A DNA stretch of 64,000 bases from Nostoc sp. (GCA_036918135.1 JBALDB010000002.1:160001-224000), one strand, 5' to 3'; counted from the first letter of the stretch, positions 28,536 to 39,579 are shown. Notes: generated by a model from the letters alone, not told the origin. Numbers and translations are program-made.

Positions 28536-29387
28536 ATGGTACCTGTTCGTGAAACTTTATTAAAACCTGATATCCAACTTTCTTATTTAGAGTGGAGCCA
28601 AGGTCGAGAACCTCTACTGTTGTTACATGGTTTAGGTGACCATGCTCTTGTGTGGTCTAATTTGGCAGAGCGCTTGGCAGCAGATTACCACATAGTTGCA
28701 CCAGATATGCGTGGACATGGCGAAACTAGTAAGCCAGAGAGAGATTATAGCTTTGAAAGTGCGATCGAAGATCTAGAAGCACTCATGGATCGTCTCGGAT
28801 GGACTTTTGCCCATATTGTTAGTCACTCTTGGACAGGCAAATTAGCCGTCATTTGGGCAAGACAAAACCCAAAGCGTTTACGAAGTATGATTTTAATCGA
28901 TCCAATTTTCATTTGGAAAATGCCTAACTTTTTCAGGCTAACTTTTCCGATGTTGTATCGCTTGTTGCCTTTTCTCAAAAGTATGGGCCCCTTTGCTAGT
29001 TACGAAGAAGCCGAACAACAAGCACGGCAATTAAAGCAATATCAAGGATGGAGTTCGCTACAGCAGCAAGTCTTCCAAGCAGGAATTGAACAAAAACTCG
29101 ATGGTAATTGGGGGAGCAAATTTACTATTGCCGCCCGCGACGGAATTTTTGAGGCAGTAATGCAAGTGCCTGGTTTTACAATACCCCTTGACACCCCTGC
29201 CCTCTTCATCCAGCCAGAACAAGGTCTCAACCGCCAAAATTGGCAAATTCAACCCTATAAGACTTATTTGAAAAACTTAGGCATTTGCCAAGTTCCTGGC
29301 AATCATTGGCCATTTTTGACACAATCAGAGCCATTTAACCAGACTGTAGCAGCTTTCTTGGCAAAACACAGCTCAAAAATCTCATGA
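28536..29387 (+). CDS. Alpha/beta fold hydrolase
   Basis: LLLHGL, PDMRGHG.S, SHSWTG nucleophile elbow, PGNH catalytic His. Confidence 0.9.
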   Translation: MVPVRETLLKPDIQLSYLEWSQGREPLLLLHGLGDHALVWSNLAERLAADYHIVAPDMRGHGETSKPERDYSFESAIEDLEALMDRLGWTFAHIVSHSWTGKLAVIWARQNPKRLRSMILIDPIFIWKMPNFFRLTFPMLYRLLPFLKSMGPFASYEEAEQQARQLKQYQGWSSLQQQVFQAGIEQKLDGNWGSKFTIAARDGIFEAVMQVPGFTIPLDTPALFIQPEQGLNRQNWQIQPYKTYLKNLGICQVPGNHWPFLTQSEPFNQTVAAFLAKHSSKIS

Positions 29388-29445
29388 TTATTAGACGGGA
29401 TCATCCCACAGAAATAGAAGAATTAAGATGAGCGATGTCTAAGGA

Positions 29446-29580
29446 TTGGGTACTGGGTATTGGGTAATGGGAAAGTATAGCTAAATATTTATTTTCTAGT
29501 CCCCAGTCCCAAGTCCCCAGCGATGCACTGAAGCTCACCCGAAGTGTCCCCAGTCCCAAATCCCTAGCCCCCACTCCCTA
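29446..29580. repeat. STRR1-type heptamer tracts (inverted arms) carrying a 26-nt inserted small dispersed repeat
   Basis: TGGGTAC/TGGGTAT arm and CCCCAGT/CCCAAGT arm, the latter interrupted by CGATGCACTGAAGCTCACCCGAAGTG at 29521-29546. Confidence 0.8.
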
Positions 29581-29583
29581 CTC

Positions 29584-31287
29584 ATGAGCCTTTGTATTAA
29601 TCCCCTTTGCCCGAAACCAAATCACCCAAATAATCATCAAAATCGTTTTTGTCAAAGTTGTGGTTCTCATCTGGAATTGCTAGGACGTTATCGGGTGAAG
29701 TGTCTGTTGAATGACGAAACAGGTTTTAGTAAAGTTTATGAGGCATACGAACAAAATACCCCTAAAATCCTCAAAATACTCAAAGAAGATTTATCAAGCG
29801 ATCCCGAAGCAGTAGAACTATTTCAGCAAGAGCTAACTGTCCTTCTAAAACTGAACCATCCTGGTATTCCCAAAGAAGATAGTTACTTCCAATATCAAAC
29901 CCGAAATGGTTTAGTATTGCATTGCATTGCAATGGAAAAAATCGATGGGTACAACTTAGAAGAATGGTTTGAGCAGCAGAATTGTCCCATTTCCCAAGAA
30001 CAAGCGATCGCCTGGTTAAAACAGTTGACAGAAATTTTAGGTTTAGTGCATGGCAAACAATACCTGCATCGAGATATTAAGCCATCCAATATCATGATTA
30101 AACCCGATGGGCAATTAGTAATTATTGATTTTGGCACCGCCTATAAAATCAGCAAAACATACCCAGACGAACTCAGCGACAGCCCTAGAATGACAGCACT
30201 TATGTCATCTGGTTACAGCGCCCCAGAACAAATGAATGGTCAAGGTGTACCACAATCAGATTTCTTTGCCTTGGGACGTACTTTTGTGTTTTTGCTCACA
30301 GGAAACCATCCCTTAGATATGTATGATGTCCAGCAAAATTTGTTGCACTGGCACAATCAGACCATCGATATCTCACCTTTACTATTAAATTTAATTGATT
30401 GGCTCATAGCAGCTGATGTAGAAAAGCGTCCCACCAATGCCCAGGAAATTTTGCAGCAATTAGAAGAAATTGAAAATCAACTAACAAGAAATAATACTTC
30501 TAATATCAATTTTATAAATGATTTTGAACCCGATCAGTTACTACCAATTACTCCAAGTTTGCTCAATTTAAATAGCCAGCCGTCAAAAGTGCCGCTACTC
30601 GGACTTTTTGCTGCATTGCTATTGGCTTTAGGATTACTTAGTATAATCGTTCTAGCGACGCAGACATCAAATAATTCTTTAATACCAAATTACGGACAAC
30701 TTCCCGAAAAAAAAGGCAATATTGATTATTTTCCTTATAAAGAAGGTAAAGATAGTCAGGGAAGAATTGCCAAATTTAACATAGCTGTTTTATCAGTACA
30801 ATATAAATGGGTTGTGGGAAGCAATTTTCAAATTAAACATAATGATGAAATTATTAGCCTTAACCTATTAAAGTTGAATTTAGAACAAGAAGGTATACAG
30901 AATATAATGGAAGATTCTGGTGAGATTATCTCTGTAGGTACAACTTCTTGTAAGGGAAATATAGATTTTCAACAACGTATAGCTTTAGAACGAGCCGTAC
31001 AAACACAGCTTTTAGTAAAACAAATATTTATTAATCAACCAAGTATCAAAGGCGATCGCTTATTAAACTTAGGTCAATTTCAACGAAGTGATTGTCAAGG
31101 CAATCACGATTTAACTACATATCAAAGAAGTATTATAATTATTGGTGTCAAAAAAGAATCAACAGATGTAAGTATAGATGAAGCTTTACGGAATAGGTTA
31201 GAAAAGAAGCCTTTTGCTGATTTTAAATTAGAAGATTATTCTCTGGGTTCAGTGGATAAATTTAAGACGATACCAAGTAATTTATAA
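29584..31287 (+). CDS. Membrane-anchored Ser/Thr protein kinase with an N-terminal 4-Cys prefix
   Basis: CINP.C...FC..CG prefix, HRDIKPSN, DFG, YSAPEQ, one TM helix and a C-terminal domain. Confidence 0.92.
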   Translation: MSLCINPLCPKPNHPNNHQNRFCQSCGSHLELLGRYRVKCLLNDETGFSKVYEAYEQNTPKILKILKEDLSSDPEAVELFQQELTVLLKLNHPGIPKEDSYFQYQTRNGLVLHCIAMEKIDGYNLEEWFEQQNCPISQEQAIAWLKQLTEILGLVHGKQYLHRDIKPSNIMIKPDGQLVIIDFGTAYKISKTYPDELSDSPRMTALMSSGYSAPEQMNGQGVPQSDFFALGRTFVFLLTGNHPLDMYDVQQNLLHWHNQTIDISPLLLNLIDWLIAADVEKRPTNAQEILQQLEEIENQLTRNNTSNINFINDFEPDQLLPITPSLLNLNSQPSKVPLLGLFAALLLALGLLSIIVLATQTSNNSLIPNYGQLPEKKGNIDYFPYKEGKDSQGRIAKFNIAVLSVQYKWVVGSNFQIKHNDEIISLNLLKLNLEQEGIQNIMEDSGEIISVGTTSCKGNIDFQQRIALERAVQTQLLVKQIFINQPSIKGDRLLNLGQFQRSDCQGNHDLTTYQRSIIIIGVKKESTDVSIDEALRNRLEKKPFADFKLEDYSLGSVDKFKTIPSNL

Positions 31288-31760
31288 TATTTTTAGCAAA
31301 CGGCATCAGCGTCAATGCGTAGCACATTCTAGATATCTCCCCTTTATCGAAAAAATAGTACAGTCAGTAAATAGCAAACTTTTAAAAACCTACATAAAAA
31401 CAAAGGTTTTAGCCCTGCAAAAAAATAAGTCTAACAACTCTGATTAATAGCGATCGCCTGAACATCACCTAGCATTTATGCCTATTATGCTCATTTAGAC
31501 CTACTTTTAGCCGAAACAGGTCTTTAGCTCAAAAGAATAATATCGCAAGTGTTCTAACAAACTGACAAATAAAAAATATCTCCCTGTTGACAGTCATCAG
31601 TCATCAACTTCAAAAACCTCAAGCATTTTGCGCTTCTACTCGACCAGAAAACTGTTCGCTAATTAATTGGGTTTCTAGCTTTAAACCGCTTAGGATAGAT
31701 TTAATCGAAAATAATCTCATGCATCTGTCTTGATATATTTATCAAGGAGAAAGTCAAGCT

Positions 31761-32444
31761 ATGAATTACATTCAAAAAACTGTTGTCATCCTGGGAATAA
31801 CGAGTAGTGTATTGAGTGGAATACCTGTTGCTGTTCATGCTGCACAGCAACAACCAACGCGCATTCAACAAATAAATTTTCAACAATACTATAACCAGGG
31901 TGTGCAAAAGCTTGAGCAAGGCAATTTCTACGGCGCAATAGAGGATTTCAGTCGAGTAGTAGAGTTAAATCCTAGCTACTACGAAGGTTTCTGCTTGAGA
32001 GGTTTGGCAAAGTCTCAATTAAGAGACTTTAAAGCAGCCGTTATTGATTTCAATCAAGCACTGCGACTAAATCCCAACCATATAGATGCTTACAACAGTC
32101 GGGGAACTGCTCATGCAGAACTAGGAAACACTCAAGCTGCGATTACCGACTTTAACCAAGTTCTGAGAATCGATCCTAAGTCTGTAGATGCTTACTATAA
32201 TAGGGGGTTTTTAAATTATAGGCAGGGAAATCACAAGCTGGCGATCGCTGATTTTAACCAAGCACTAAAAATCAACCCCAATTTAGCTGATGCTTATGGC
32301 AACCGAGGACTTGCTGAATATGCTTTAGGCAATCGTAAAAGCGCTATTACCGATTTACAACAAGCTGCAAGTCTGTTTCAAAAGCAAGGAGATAGCCAGA
32401 AGTATCAGCAAACGCAAGCCCTTCTTCAGCAGATTCAGCAGTAA
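31761..32444 (+). CDS. Exported tetratricopeptide repeat protein
   Basis: Signal peptide ending VHA; repeated AY.NRG...G....AI.DF.QAL..NP units. Confidence 0.92.
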   Translation: MNYIQKTVVILGITSSVLSGIPVAVHAAQQQPTRIQQINFQQYYNQGVQKLEQGNFYGAIEDFSRVVELNPSYYEGFCLRGLAKSQLRDFKAAVIDFNQALRLNPNHIDAYNSRGTAHAELGNTQAAITDFNQVLRIDPKSVDAYYNRGFLNYRQGNHKLAIADFNQALKINPNLADAYGNRGLAEYALGNRKSAITDLQQAASLFQKQGDSQKYQQTQALLQQIQQ

Positions 32445-32505
32445 TGGGCATTATCAAATTTCCCCTCGGCTAAGAACTCCCTGCTTTCTTCATCTTTGCC
32501 ACTTT

Positions 32506-33495
32506 TCATTCCTCAGTTCCTAATTTCGCATTTTCACCAGAACAATCAAATAAATGTAAACTCAAACGTTGGGAAAGTTCTTCACACACCTTTACTCCCC
32601 GCACACTATTACCACGCGCATCCAGTGGCGGCGAAAATACGCCAATGCCCATCTTATTGGGTACAACAGCAATAATCCCACCACAAATTCCGCTTTTCGC
32701 CGGAATACCAATTTTATAAGCCCACTCACCCGCAAAGTTGTACATGCCACAGGTGTACATCACACTCAAAATATCTTTGATGTAACGCTTATCTACTGCC
32801 CGTTCTTTGGTAATGGGGTTAATACCTCTGTTAGCCAGGGTAGCAGCCATCACTGCTAAGTCTTGGCAATTCACCAGTACAGCACACTGCTGAAAATAAA
32901 GATCCAGCGCTTGTTCGATATTTTGGTCAATCATGCCAAAGTTGAGCATCAGGTGCGCCATTGCGCGGTTGCGATGTCCGGTACTGCGCTCTGAGGTAAA
33001 AACTGAAATGTCAACGAACACATCGCGGCCAATATATCGCCGGAACATCTCCAGCATCCGGTTGAGCCGTTCGGTGGGAGCAGATCCTTTAATTAAGCTA
33101 GTAGTGGCGATCGCTCCGGCATTTACCATTGGGTTATAAGGTCGCTTCGATTGCTCATCCAAAATAATTGCGTTGAATGCATCGCCCGTTGGTTCGACAC
33201 CAACTCTCGTCAACATGTAATCCCGTCCACGATCTTCTAAGGCAAGTCCATAAGCAAATACCTTGGAAATCGATTGAATCGTAAAGAACTGTTCCCAGTC
33301 CCCAACTTTATAATCCTGACCATCTACAGTGACAATACAAATACTAAATAAGTCCGGATTTACCTTTGCCAGTTCCGGAATGTAATTTGCTACTGCACCC
33401 TCGCCCAATGACTTGTACAGGGAATGCAAGTCGTTGAGAACAGTTAATAATGACGAGTCTATTTCTAAATCTCCTGAATTTACTTGTTTGACTAT
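32506..33495 (-). CDS. glsA: Glutaminase A (start uncertain: TTG at 33429 or ATA at 33495)
   Basis: [14 protein letters not shown] (catalytic SxxK), [14 protein letters not shown] and PAKSG motifs. Confidence 0.93.
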   Translation of the reverse strand: MVKQVNSGDLEIDSSLLTVLNDLHSLYKSLGEGAVANYIPELAKVNPDLFSICIVTVDGQDYKVGDWEQFFTIQSISKVFAYGLALEDRGRDYMLTRVGVEPTGDAFNAIILDEQSKRPYNPMVNAGAIATTSLIKGSAPTERLNRMLEMFRRYIGRDVFVDISVFTSERSTGHRNRAMAHLMLNFGMIDQNIEQALDLYFQQCAVLVNCQDLAVMAATLANRGINPITKERAVDKRYIKDILSVMYTCGMYNFAGEWAYKIGIPAKSGICGGIIAVVPNKMGIGVFSPPLDARGNSVRGVKVCEELSQRLSLHLFDCSGENAKLGTEE

Positions 33496-33663
33496 GAGGC
33501 TGATAGCATTTTACGAAATACCTGGTACATATATCGCGATTGAATTTGATTGCCTGAAAAAATACCGTACACCTTAAGGCAAGCGGCAAGAGGCTATTTA
33601 TCTTTCCTTTTTGTCCATTGCCTATTTATACTCAATTCACTACTTAGACTAAAAAATACTACG

Positions 33664-33679
33664 TGTATTTTTTGTTACA
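33664..33679. promoter_or_regulatory. Putative NtcA box upstream of glsA
   Basis: TGTA-TTTTTTGT-TACA matches TGTA-N8-TACA. Confidence 0.5.
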
Positions 33680-34421
33680 AAATAAAACTCATCTAGAAGC
33701 GATCGCCAAGTTTTTCTAATTTTTTTAACATTAATTACAAAAAAGGTTCGCTTGCGTATTATCCTTTTTTTTATACACATCAACACTGATATAAGAAGTT
33801 ATATAAATCACTCAGTTAAACCTAGTTAGAGATAATACAACTCATGGTTAATTTAGCGAGAAAAAACTTCAAAAAAAGATAGTAAACTTCAACTGATTTG
33901 CATGACTATTTTATATCTAACTCCGATGACAACTTATTTGTACTAAAATCTAAAGATTTACTTAAATAAGTAATTTTGAGTATTTATGCCGATGTCTTTT
34001 AATTAAAATTATATTTATATTTTCTCAGTAAATTACTAAAATTTATGTTTTATAGAATACAAACAGCGTTGTTAGCCTTGGAAACTGATACGAACAAGGT
34101 TTTGTGAGTTTGGTTCACAAAAAATGCAAAGTTTTCTAAAGAAATTTTTGACTTACCCAAAAAAACGTTACACAGCCCAAATCCACATTTGAGCAAGGTT
34201 TCACCCTGAAAATAGTAATTTGATTTGGATAAAGTTGTCTAGAATTACGCTAAAACCCTGATCCCCAAGCCAAAAGGTTCATGCTAGTCTGTTGCAGTTA
34301 CAAAAAAAAAGTGAAGACGGAACGAGTTCGAGTTTTGCCGAAGGGAATTCACTGGTGAAAATCCCGCGAATTATATGACTTAAGTTCTCTTAAGTTCTAC
34401 ACTCGCTTTAAAATTGGACGC

Positions 34422-35531
34422 ATGAATCAAAGACATTTTTGGACTGTTGTTGCTCTGTCTCTAGCTGTTTTGGGGATACCCACAGTTGGCTGCACTCAAA
34501 CCCCCAAGGGAAATGCGCTAGCTTCTCAAAAATCACCTGCTTCTGATGTAGTGAAAGTGGGAGAGTACCAATCAAGAACAGGGGAACAAACCTTGGATGC
34601 TGTGATTACACAAATTCATCCTTACAACATTGGAGGACGTAAGGCGGCAACCCTTTATATAAAAAATATTCCCGTTCTCACTTTTCTGAGTTCTATATCA
34701 GATACGAATGTTGAGAATAAAAAAGTTGGTGGAATAAACGAAACTGAGGGCGTACAATCATACGCCCTTATTGCTGGCAATTCACCTTCATCGGCGAGTA
34801 TTGGAAATGTAGCTGGAGCAAATAATCAGATTAGTTCCGTTGACAAAGACCCAGCTGAGATAGCTGGTGTAATAGCAGCTAAAATCAACCAGTTGAACCG
34901 GGAAAATATAGATGCGAGTCAGATTACCGTCAGTTGGAAAGCAGGGGGCGAATCTAAAGTTGCAAATGTTGCTCAAAACAAGAGCTTCCCTGTAGAAGGA
35001 GGATCTGGCGATCGCTATACAATCAAAGTTAACGGTGAAGAATTAGTAGAAATTAATCAAGGTACGCGATTAGCAGATACCACCAACAATCTGGCGCAAG
35101 ATGCATTGCAAGCAACCAATCGCTTGCGGAGACTACTAGGTAATGCATCACCCTTAAGCGAGATTGCAAATATGCCAGTGCGTCAACCAGTATCAATACC
35201 TAAGCTACCGCGAGAGATTGCCGTCGGAGGAGTCCGAATCAGCTTCAGAGGCATGGCATCTTTTTATGGCTATGACGGTTCCGGCAATCGTACTGCTAGC
35301 GGTCAGAGGTTCAACCCAGAAGGAATGACTGCCGCCCATCGTACCTTACCTTTCGGTACACAAGTCCGTGTAACCAACACCCGCAATGGTCGTTCTGTCG
35401 TAGTACAGATTAATGACCGAGGCCCCTACATTCGCGGTCGAATCATTGACTTGTCTGCTGGCGCAGCTCGAATTCTGGGAATGATGGGTAGTGGCGTTGC
35501 ACCAGTGCATATAGAGGTTTTGGAGAAATAA
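34422..35531 (+). CDS. rlpA: Septal ring lytic transglycosylase RlpA family protein
   Basis: Signal peptide; C-terminal [28 protein letters not shown] and IIDLS (DPBB domain). Confidence 0.92.
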   Translation: MNQRHFWTVVALSLAVLGIPTVGCTQTPKGNALASQKSPASDVVKVGEYQSRTGEQTLDAVITQIHPYNIGGRKAATLYIKNIPVLTFLSSISDTNVENKKVGGINETEGVQSYALIAGNSPSSASIGNVAGANNQISSVDKDPAEIAGVIAAKINQLNRENIDASQITVSWKAGGESKVANVAQNKSFPVEGGSGDRYTIKVNGEELVEINQGTRLADTTNNLAQDALQATNRLRRLLGNASPLSEIANMPVRQPVSIPKLPREIAVGGVRISFRGMASFYGYDGSGNRTASGQRFNPEGMTAAHRTLPFGTQVRVTNTRNGRSVVVQINDRGPYIRGRIIDLSAGAARILGMMGSGVAPVHIEVLEK

Positions 35532-35535
35532 AGAG

Positions 35536-35802
35536 ACTGGGGACTGGGGACTGAGGGAGATGGGGGAGTGTGGGAGGTGTGGGGGAAAGAGGAAGTGTGG
35601 GGAGTGTGGGGAGTGTCGGGGGAAAGATTTCTTCCCCATCTTCCCGATCCTCCCACACCCCCCCATCCTCCCACACCTGCATTTCTTCCCCATCTTCCCA
35701 TACCTCTTTTTCCTTTCACACCTGCATTTCTTCCCCATCCTCCCACACCTCCCACACTTCCTGTTTGCCCCATACCCCAATCCCTAATCCCTAATTCCCA
35801 GT
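35536..35802. repeat. Composite STRR region: G-rich arm followed by a longer C-rich arm
   Basis: ACTGGGG and GGGGAGTGT repeats, then three ATTTCTTCCCCATC-initiated blocks and CCCAATC-type heptamers. Confidence 0.85.
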
Positions 35803-35868
35803 TCAACCATCTCCTCTATTTCAGATATAAACTAACGGGGGAGGGATGAGAGAACTAGGGGTATTTTT

Positions 35869-37476
35869 GTGCGCCTGCTGACAACAGTTGCAGCTTTACG
35901 CTGTTATTTAACTAGACGCTGCTTGGAAAACAAGCTGATTGCGGTTACAGAAAATCTGGCACTAGATGAGATAAATAGTTGGCATCAGACAGCAGTCGGT
36001 CTAGTGCCGACAATGGGGAATTTGCATCAAGGTCATTTAAGCTTGATCCAACGGGCGCGGCAAGAAAATTCCACGGTGATTGTCAGTATTTTCGTCAATC
36101 CCTTGCAATTTGGCCCCAATGAGGATTATCAACGTTACCCTCGCACTTTAGAGCAAGACCAACAATTTTGCTCCCAAGCTGAGGTAGATGCAATTTTTGC
36201 GCCGACTCCGGAAGAGATGGCAGTACCCCAGAAAAGTATACAAGAATCAAAGGTTACACAAGTTATCCCCCCATCTGCTATGATATCTGGCTTGTGTGGT
36301 CGTTCTCGGCTGGGTCACTTTCAGGGTGTTGCTACGATTGTGACTAAGCTTTTTAACTTGGTACAGCCTGACCGAGCCTACTTCGGTCAAAAGGATGGCC
36401 AGCAACTGGCTATTATTAAGCAGCTAGTAGCTGATTTAAATTTGCCAATCGAAATTGTTGCTTGTCCAACAGTACGGGAAGCATCGGGTCTTGCCTTGAG
36501 TTCTCGTAATCAGTATTTGACTGCAACAGAAAAACAGCAAGCAGCAGTGCTGTATCGCGGCTTGCAAAGAGCTGAAACTGCGTTTCAGGCAGGACTTCGC
36601 GATCGCAACAAGTTGATAGCAATAGTACAGCAAGAACTGACAATGGTCAGCACGCTTTTAGTGGAATATATTGAATTGGTTGAACCGACTACGTTGATGT
36701 CTTTAGAAAAAGTTCAGGAGGAAGGAATGCTGGCGATCGCAGCTCGTCTGGGTTCTACACGTTTGATTGACAATATTATTTTGCGCGATCGTCAACCCAT
36801 CATCGCCATTGATGGCCCAGCCGGTGCTGGGAAATCCACAGTGGCGCGTCAAGTGGCAGCAAAGCTGAATCTAGTGTATCTAGATACAGGAGCAATGTAC
36901 CGAGCTGTGACTTGGTTAGTACTGCAAAAGGGTATTGCCATTGACGATGAGTGTGCGATCGCCGAATTAGCTAGCCAGTGTCATATTGAACTGACTCCCA
37001 CTCAGGATTTACAATTTCCCGTGCGGGTTTGGATTAACGGTATCGATGTTACCCAAGCGATTCGTACGGTTGAGGTGACATCCCAAGTATCAGCGATCGC
37101 TGCACAATGCGCTGTACGTCAAGCACTAGTTAAACAACAGCAAAGTTGGGGTAAAAAAGGCGGTTTAGTAGCAGAAGGTCGGGACATTGGCACTCATGTG
37201 TTCCCCGATGCCGAAGTAAAAATTTTCTTAACTGCTTCTGTAAGCGAACGCGCACGTCGCCGTCAGCAAGATTTTCAAAAACATGGTCAACCCGAAGTGA
37301 GTTTAGAGCAGCTCGAACGCGACATTGCCGAACGGGACTGGAAAGATAGTACGCGTAAAATTTCCCCTTTGCAAAAAGCGGCGGATGCGATCGAAGTTCA
37401 AACTGATGGTTTAGACGTATCTGAAGTCAGTGCAAAAATTGTTAACTACTACCAGCAACGTTTATCTGAGTGGTAG
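35869..37476 (+). CDS. panC/cmk: Bifunctional pantoate--beta-alanine ligase / cytidylate kinase
   Basis: VPTMGNLHQGH, FVNPLQF, FGQKD, LSSRN and RLIDN, followed by AIDGPAGAGKST, LDTGAMYR and EGRDIGT. Confidence 0.96.
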   Translation: MRLLTTVAALRCYLTRRCLENKLIAVTENLALDEINSWHQTAVGLVPTMGNLHQGHLSLIQRARQENSTVIVSIFVNPLQFGPNEDYQRYPRTLEQDQQFCSQAEVDAIFAPTPEEMAVPQKSIQESKVTQVIPPSAMISGLCGRSRLGHFQGVATIVTKLFNLVQPDRAYFGQKDGQQLAIIKQLVADLNLPIEIVACPTVREASGLALSSRNQYLTATEKQQAAVLYRGLQRAETAFQAGLRDRNKLIAIVQQELTMVSTLLVEYIELVEPTTLMSLEKVQEEGMLAIAARLGSTRLIDNIILRDRQPIIAIDGPAGAGKSTVARQVAAKLNLVYLDTGAMYRAVTWLVLQKGIAIDDECAIAELASQCHIELTPTQDLQFPVRVWINGIDVTQAIRTVEVTSQVSAIAAQCAVRQALVKQQQSWGKKGGLVAEGRDIGTHVFPDAEVKIFLTASVSERARRRQQDFQKHGQPEVSLEQLERDIAERDWKDSTRKISPLQKAADAIEVQTDGLDVSEVSAKIVNYYQQRLSEW

Positions 37477-37705
37477 TTATCGAAGAGAGCAAGGAGACAA
37501 GGGAACAACCATTTTATCAATCTCTGCTACTGTCACCTTGTCTCCGATTTCTGTTGTACTCTTCTGGTCACTAATAAATGAAAATATAACAGGAGGCAGG
37601 AGGCAGGAGATAGAACTATTACTACTCCTAGCATTCATGCTTATCATATATCCTAACTTATCTGACTACAGTTATACCTGTAAAAAATACCTGTAATCGG
37701 AATTA

Positions 37706-38098
37706 TTACCGATTTTGGCTTCTAATTAAGAGTTGTTCTGTACTTGTCAGGATGACCAGTGGCGCGACAGATACTCTGGCGATCGCCTCTATTGCCCAGT
37801 TGTGATTTACCAAGTCAGGGATCGCTGTAAAAAGCGTCAATCCAACGATCAGTAAAAGTAAAATTATGTAAAAATTCCGATCCCAAGCAGGTTTATCGCG
37901 CAGTCTCGCTTGCCTGCTTATTAAGCTTTGTCGCCAAAATGGAAAGGTACTGAGGACAGCGACAAGGTATAACAGTCCAGCATTAATTAGCAGGGTTATT
38001 TTATGGTTTGGAGTGATGTTAGGATGCCCAAGGGCGATCGCAGTTAAGCAAACTCCCGCTACTATATACAGAAAAGTAAACAGGGTAAAGTATTTCAT
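37706..38098 (-). CDS. Hypothetical membrane protein with about four TM segments
   Basis: Hydrophobic ORF; ATG at 38098 preferred over the TTG at 38152. Confidence 0.6.
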   Translation of the reverse strand: MKYFTLFTFLYIVAGVCLTAIALGHPNITPNHKITLLINAGLLYLVAVLSTFPFWRQSLISRQARLRDKPAWDRNFYIILLLLIVGLTLFTAIPDLVNHNWAIEAIARVSVAPLVILTSTEQLLIRSQNR

Positions 38099-38916
38099 TA
38101 GTTTCTTTTTATGCTTTGTAAAGAGGGCAGACTCTAAGGCAAACGCATCCAAATTATACTTCTCATAACCAAGGCTAAGAATTAACTAAAAAACAGCATT
38201 TACTGTTTGATTTAATTTTCTCAGCCTCAAGGCAATCTCTAAAATCTTTGTCAATAAGCAGAGATTAATGAGATAGTTTTAGAGTTTATTGACAATAAAA
38301 TTACCTTATTGACATAATACGGCTACCCTGCCCTGCCTTCCCAACTCTAGATTTTCTCCACCTAGAGATAGTGCCAAAATTTAGATAAATATTAAATAGT
38401 TTTTATTTTTGATTATTTTCTGAAAAATTTAGCCAACTATTTTCAACAGTAACTTATTTTAAAATTAATTCATCCAGCTTGGGACTGATTATTTAAAGAC
38501 TAATTAATCTTACTAAAGGTAGAAGTTTCAAAGCCTTAATTGTTGCTTTTAATTACTCAATACCAATTGTCATAGCAATTCTGAATTGTTTTTGAATAAA
38601 GAAGTTTACGACTTATTAGAGAATTCCAAAATATAAGCTTTGCGATTGATGTGTTTCAAATCAGATTGCAATATAGGCCTTTAACTATGAAATATTAGCC
38701 ATTTTTATTTATAGTGATTGCATACGCACGATTTAACTTAATTTTACTTATTAGAGGAGTACTTTGTTTTTCGCTTCACTTTGGTAGTAGAATAACGATG
38801 TTAAGTTTTATGTTTCATTAGAAAAGACATAAGACTACTAAAAATAAAAGCTGCTCATTTTTTAAGCTTCTGCAATACCTTAAAACTGGAAACCGCTAAA
38901 GAGAGGATTTCACACA

Positions 38917-39519
38917 ATGGCATTTGTACAGCCCCCCTTACCCTTCGAGATTAATGCTCTAGAGCCATATGGTATGAAAGCCGAAACTTTCGAGTACCAT
39001 TATGGCAAGCATCACAAAGCTTACGTAGACAACCTCAACAAGTTAACTGAAGGTACCGAACTTGCTGAGAAGCCCCTAGAAGAGGTGATCGTAATTTCCT
39101 TTAAAGACTCCTCTAAGACGGGAATCTTCAACAATGCTGCCCAAGTTTGGAACCACACCTTCTTTTGGAATTCCTTGAAACCAGCAGGTGGTGGCACACC
39201 CAGTGGTGACCTCGCAAGCAAGATTGAGAAAGATTTCGGTAGTTTCGACAAATTCAAAGAAGAGTTCTCTAACGCAGCTGCAACTCAGTTCGGTAGCGGA
39301 TGGTCTTGGCTAATTGATGATGGTGGTACCCTAAAAGTAATTAAGACACCAAATGCAGAGAACCCTCTAGCTTATGGTCAGAAAGCACTTTTAACCTTGG
39401 ATGTTTGGGAACACGCTTACTACATCGACTACAGAAATGCTCGTCCAGCGTTCATCAAGAATTTCCTAGATAAATTAGTCAACTGGGACTTCGTTGCTGA
39501 AAACTTAGCCAAGGCTTAA
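38917..39519 (+). CDS. sodB: Iron superoxide dismutase
   Basis: HYGKHHKAYV, FNNAAQVWNHTFFW, QFGSGW and DVWEHAYY motifs; AAQ marks the Fe type. Confidence 0.96.
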   Translation: MAFVQPPLPFEINALEPYGMKAETFEYHYGKHHKAYVDNLNKLTEGTELAEKPLEEVIVISFKDSSKTGIFNNAAQVWNHTFFWNSLKPAGGGTPSGDLASKIEKDFGSFDKFKEEFSNAAATQFGSGWSWLIDDGGTLKVIKTPNAENPLAYGQKALLTLDVWEHAYYIDYRNARPAFIKNFLDKLVNWDFVAENLAKA

Positions 39520-39579
39520 TCAACAACCAGTTTTCAACTGGCTGTGACAGTGGTTTTTAACGTTTATCAAGAAATTAAC

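Noticed and set aside
28135..28563. Plus-strand LKLNVEP-repeat ORF as a real gene
   Set aside because: It starts at a TTG inside the repeat, has no RBS, overlaps the hydrolase start, and is open only because the 21-mer has no stop in that frame.
26428..29387. A complete azole-RiPP biosynthetic cluster
   Set aside because: No YcaO/E1-like cyclodehydratase, peptidase or exporter nearby; kept only as a speculative finding.
35346..35849. Six overlapping ORFs on both strands
   Set aside because: Artefacts of stop-poor G/C-rich STRR sequence.
35869..37476. panC-cmk fusion as a novelty
   Set aside because: This fusion is the normal arrangement in cyanobacteria.
37430..37696. 88-aa ORF after panC-cmk
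   Set aside because: Overlaps the cmk end and runs through AGGAGGC-type repeats; no family features.
38572..38673. MITE upstream of sodB (ATAGCAAT...ATTGCAAT ends)
   Set aside because: The inverted ends are too degenerate to support without a genome-wide search.
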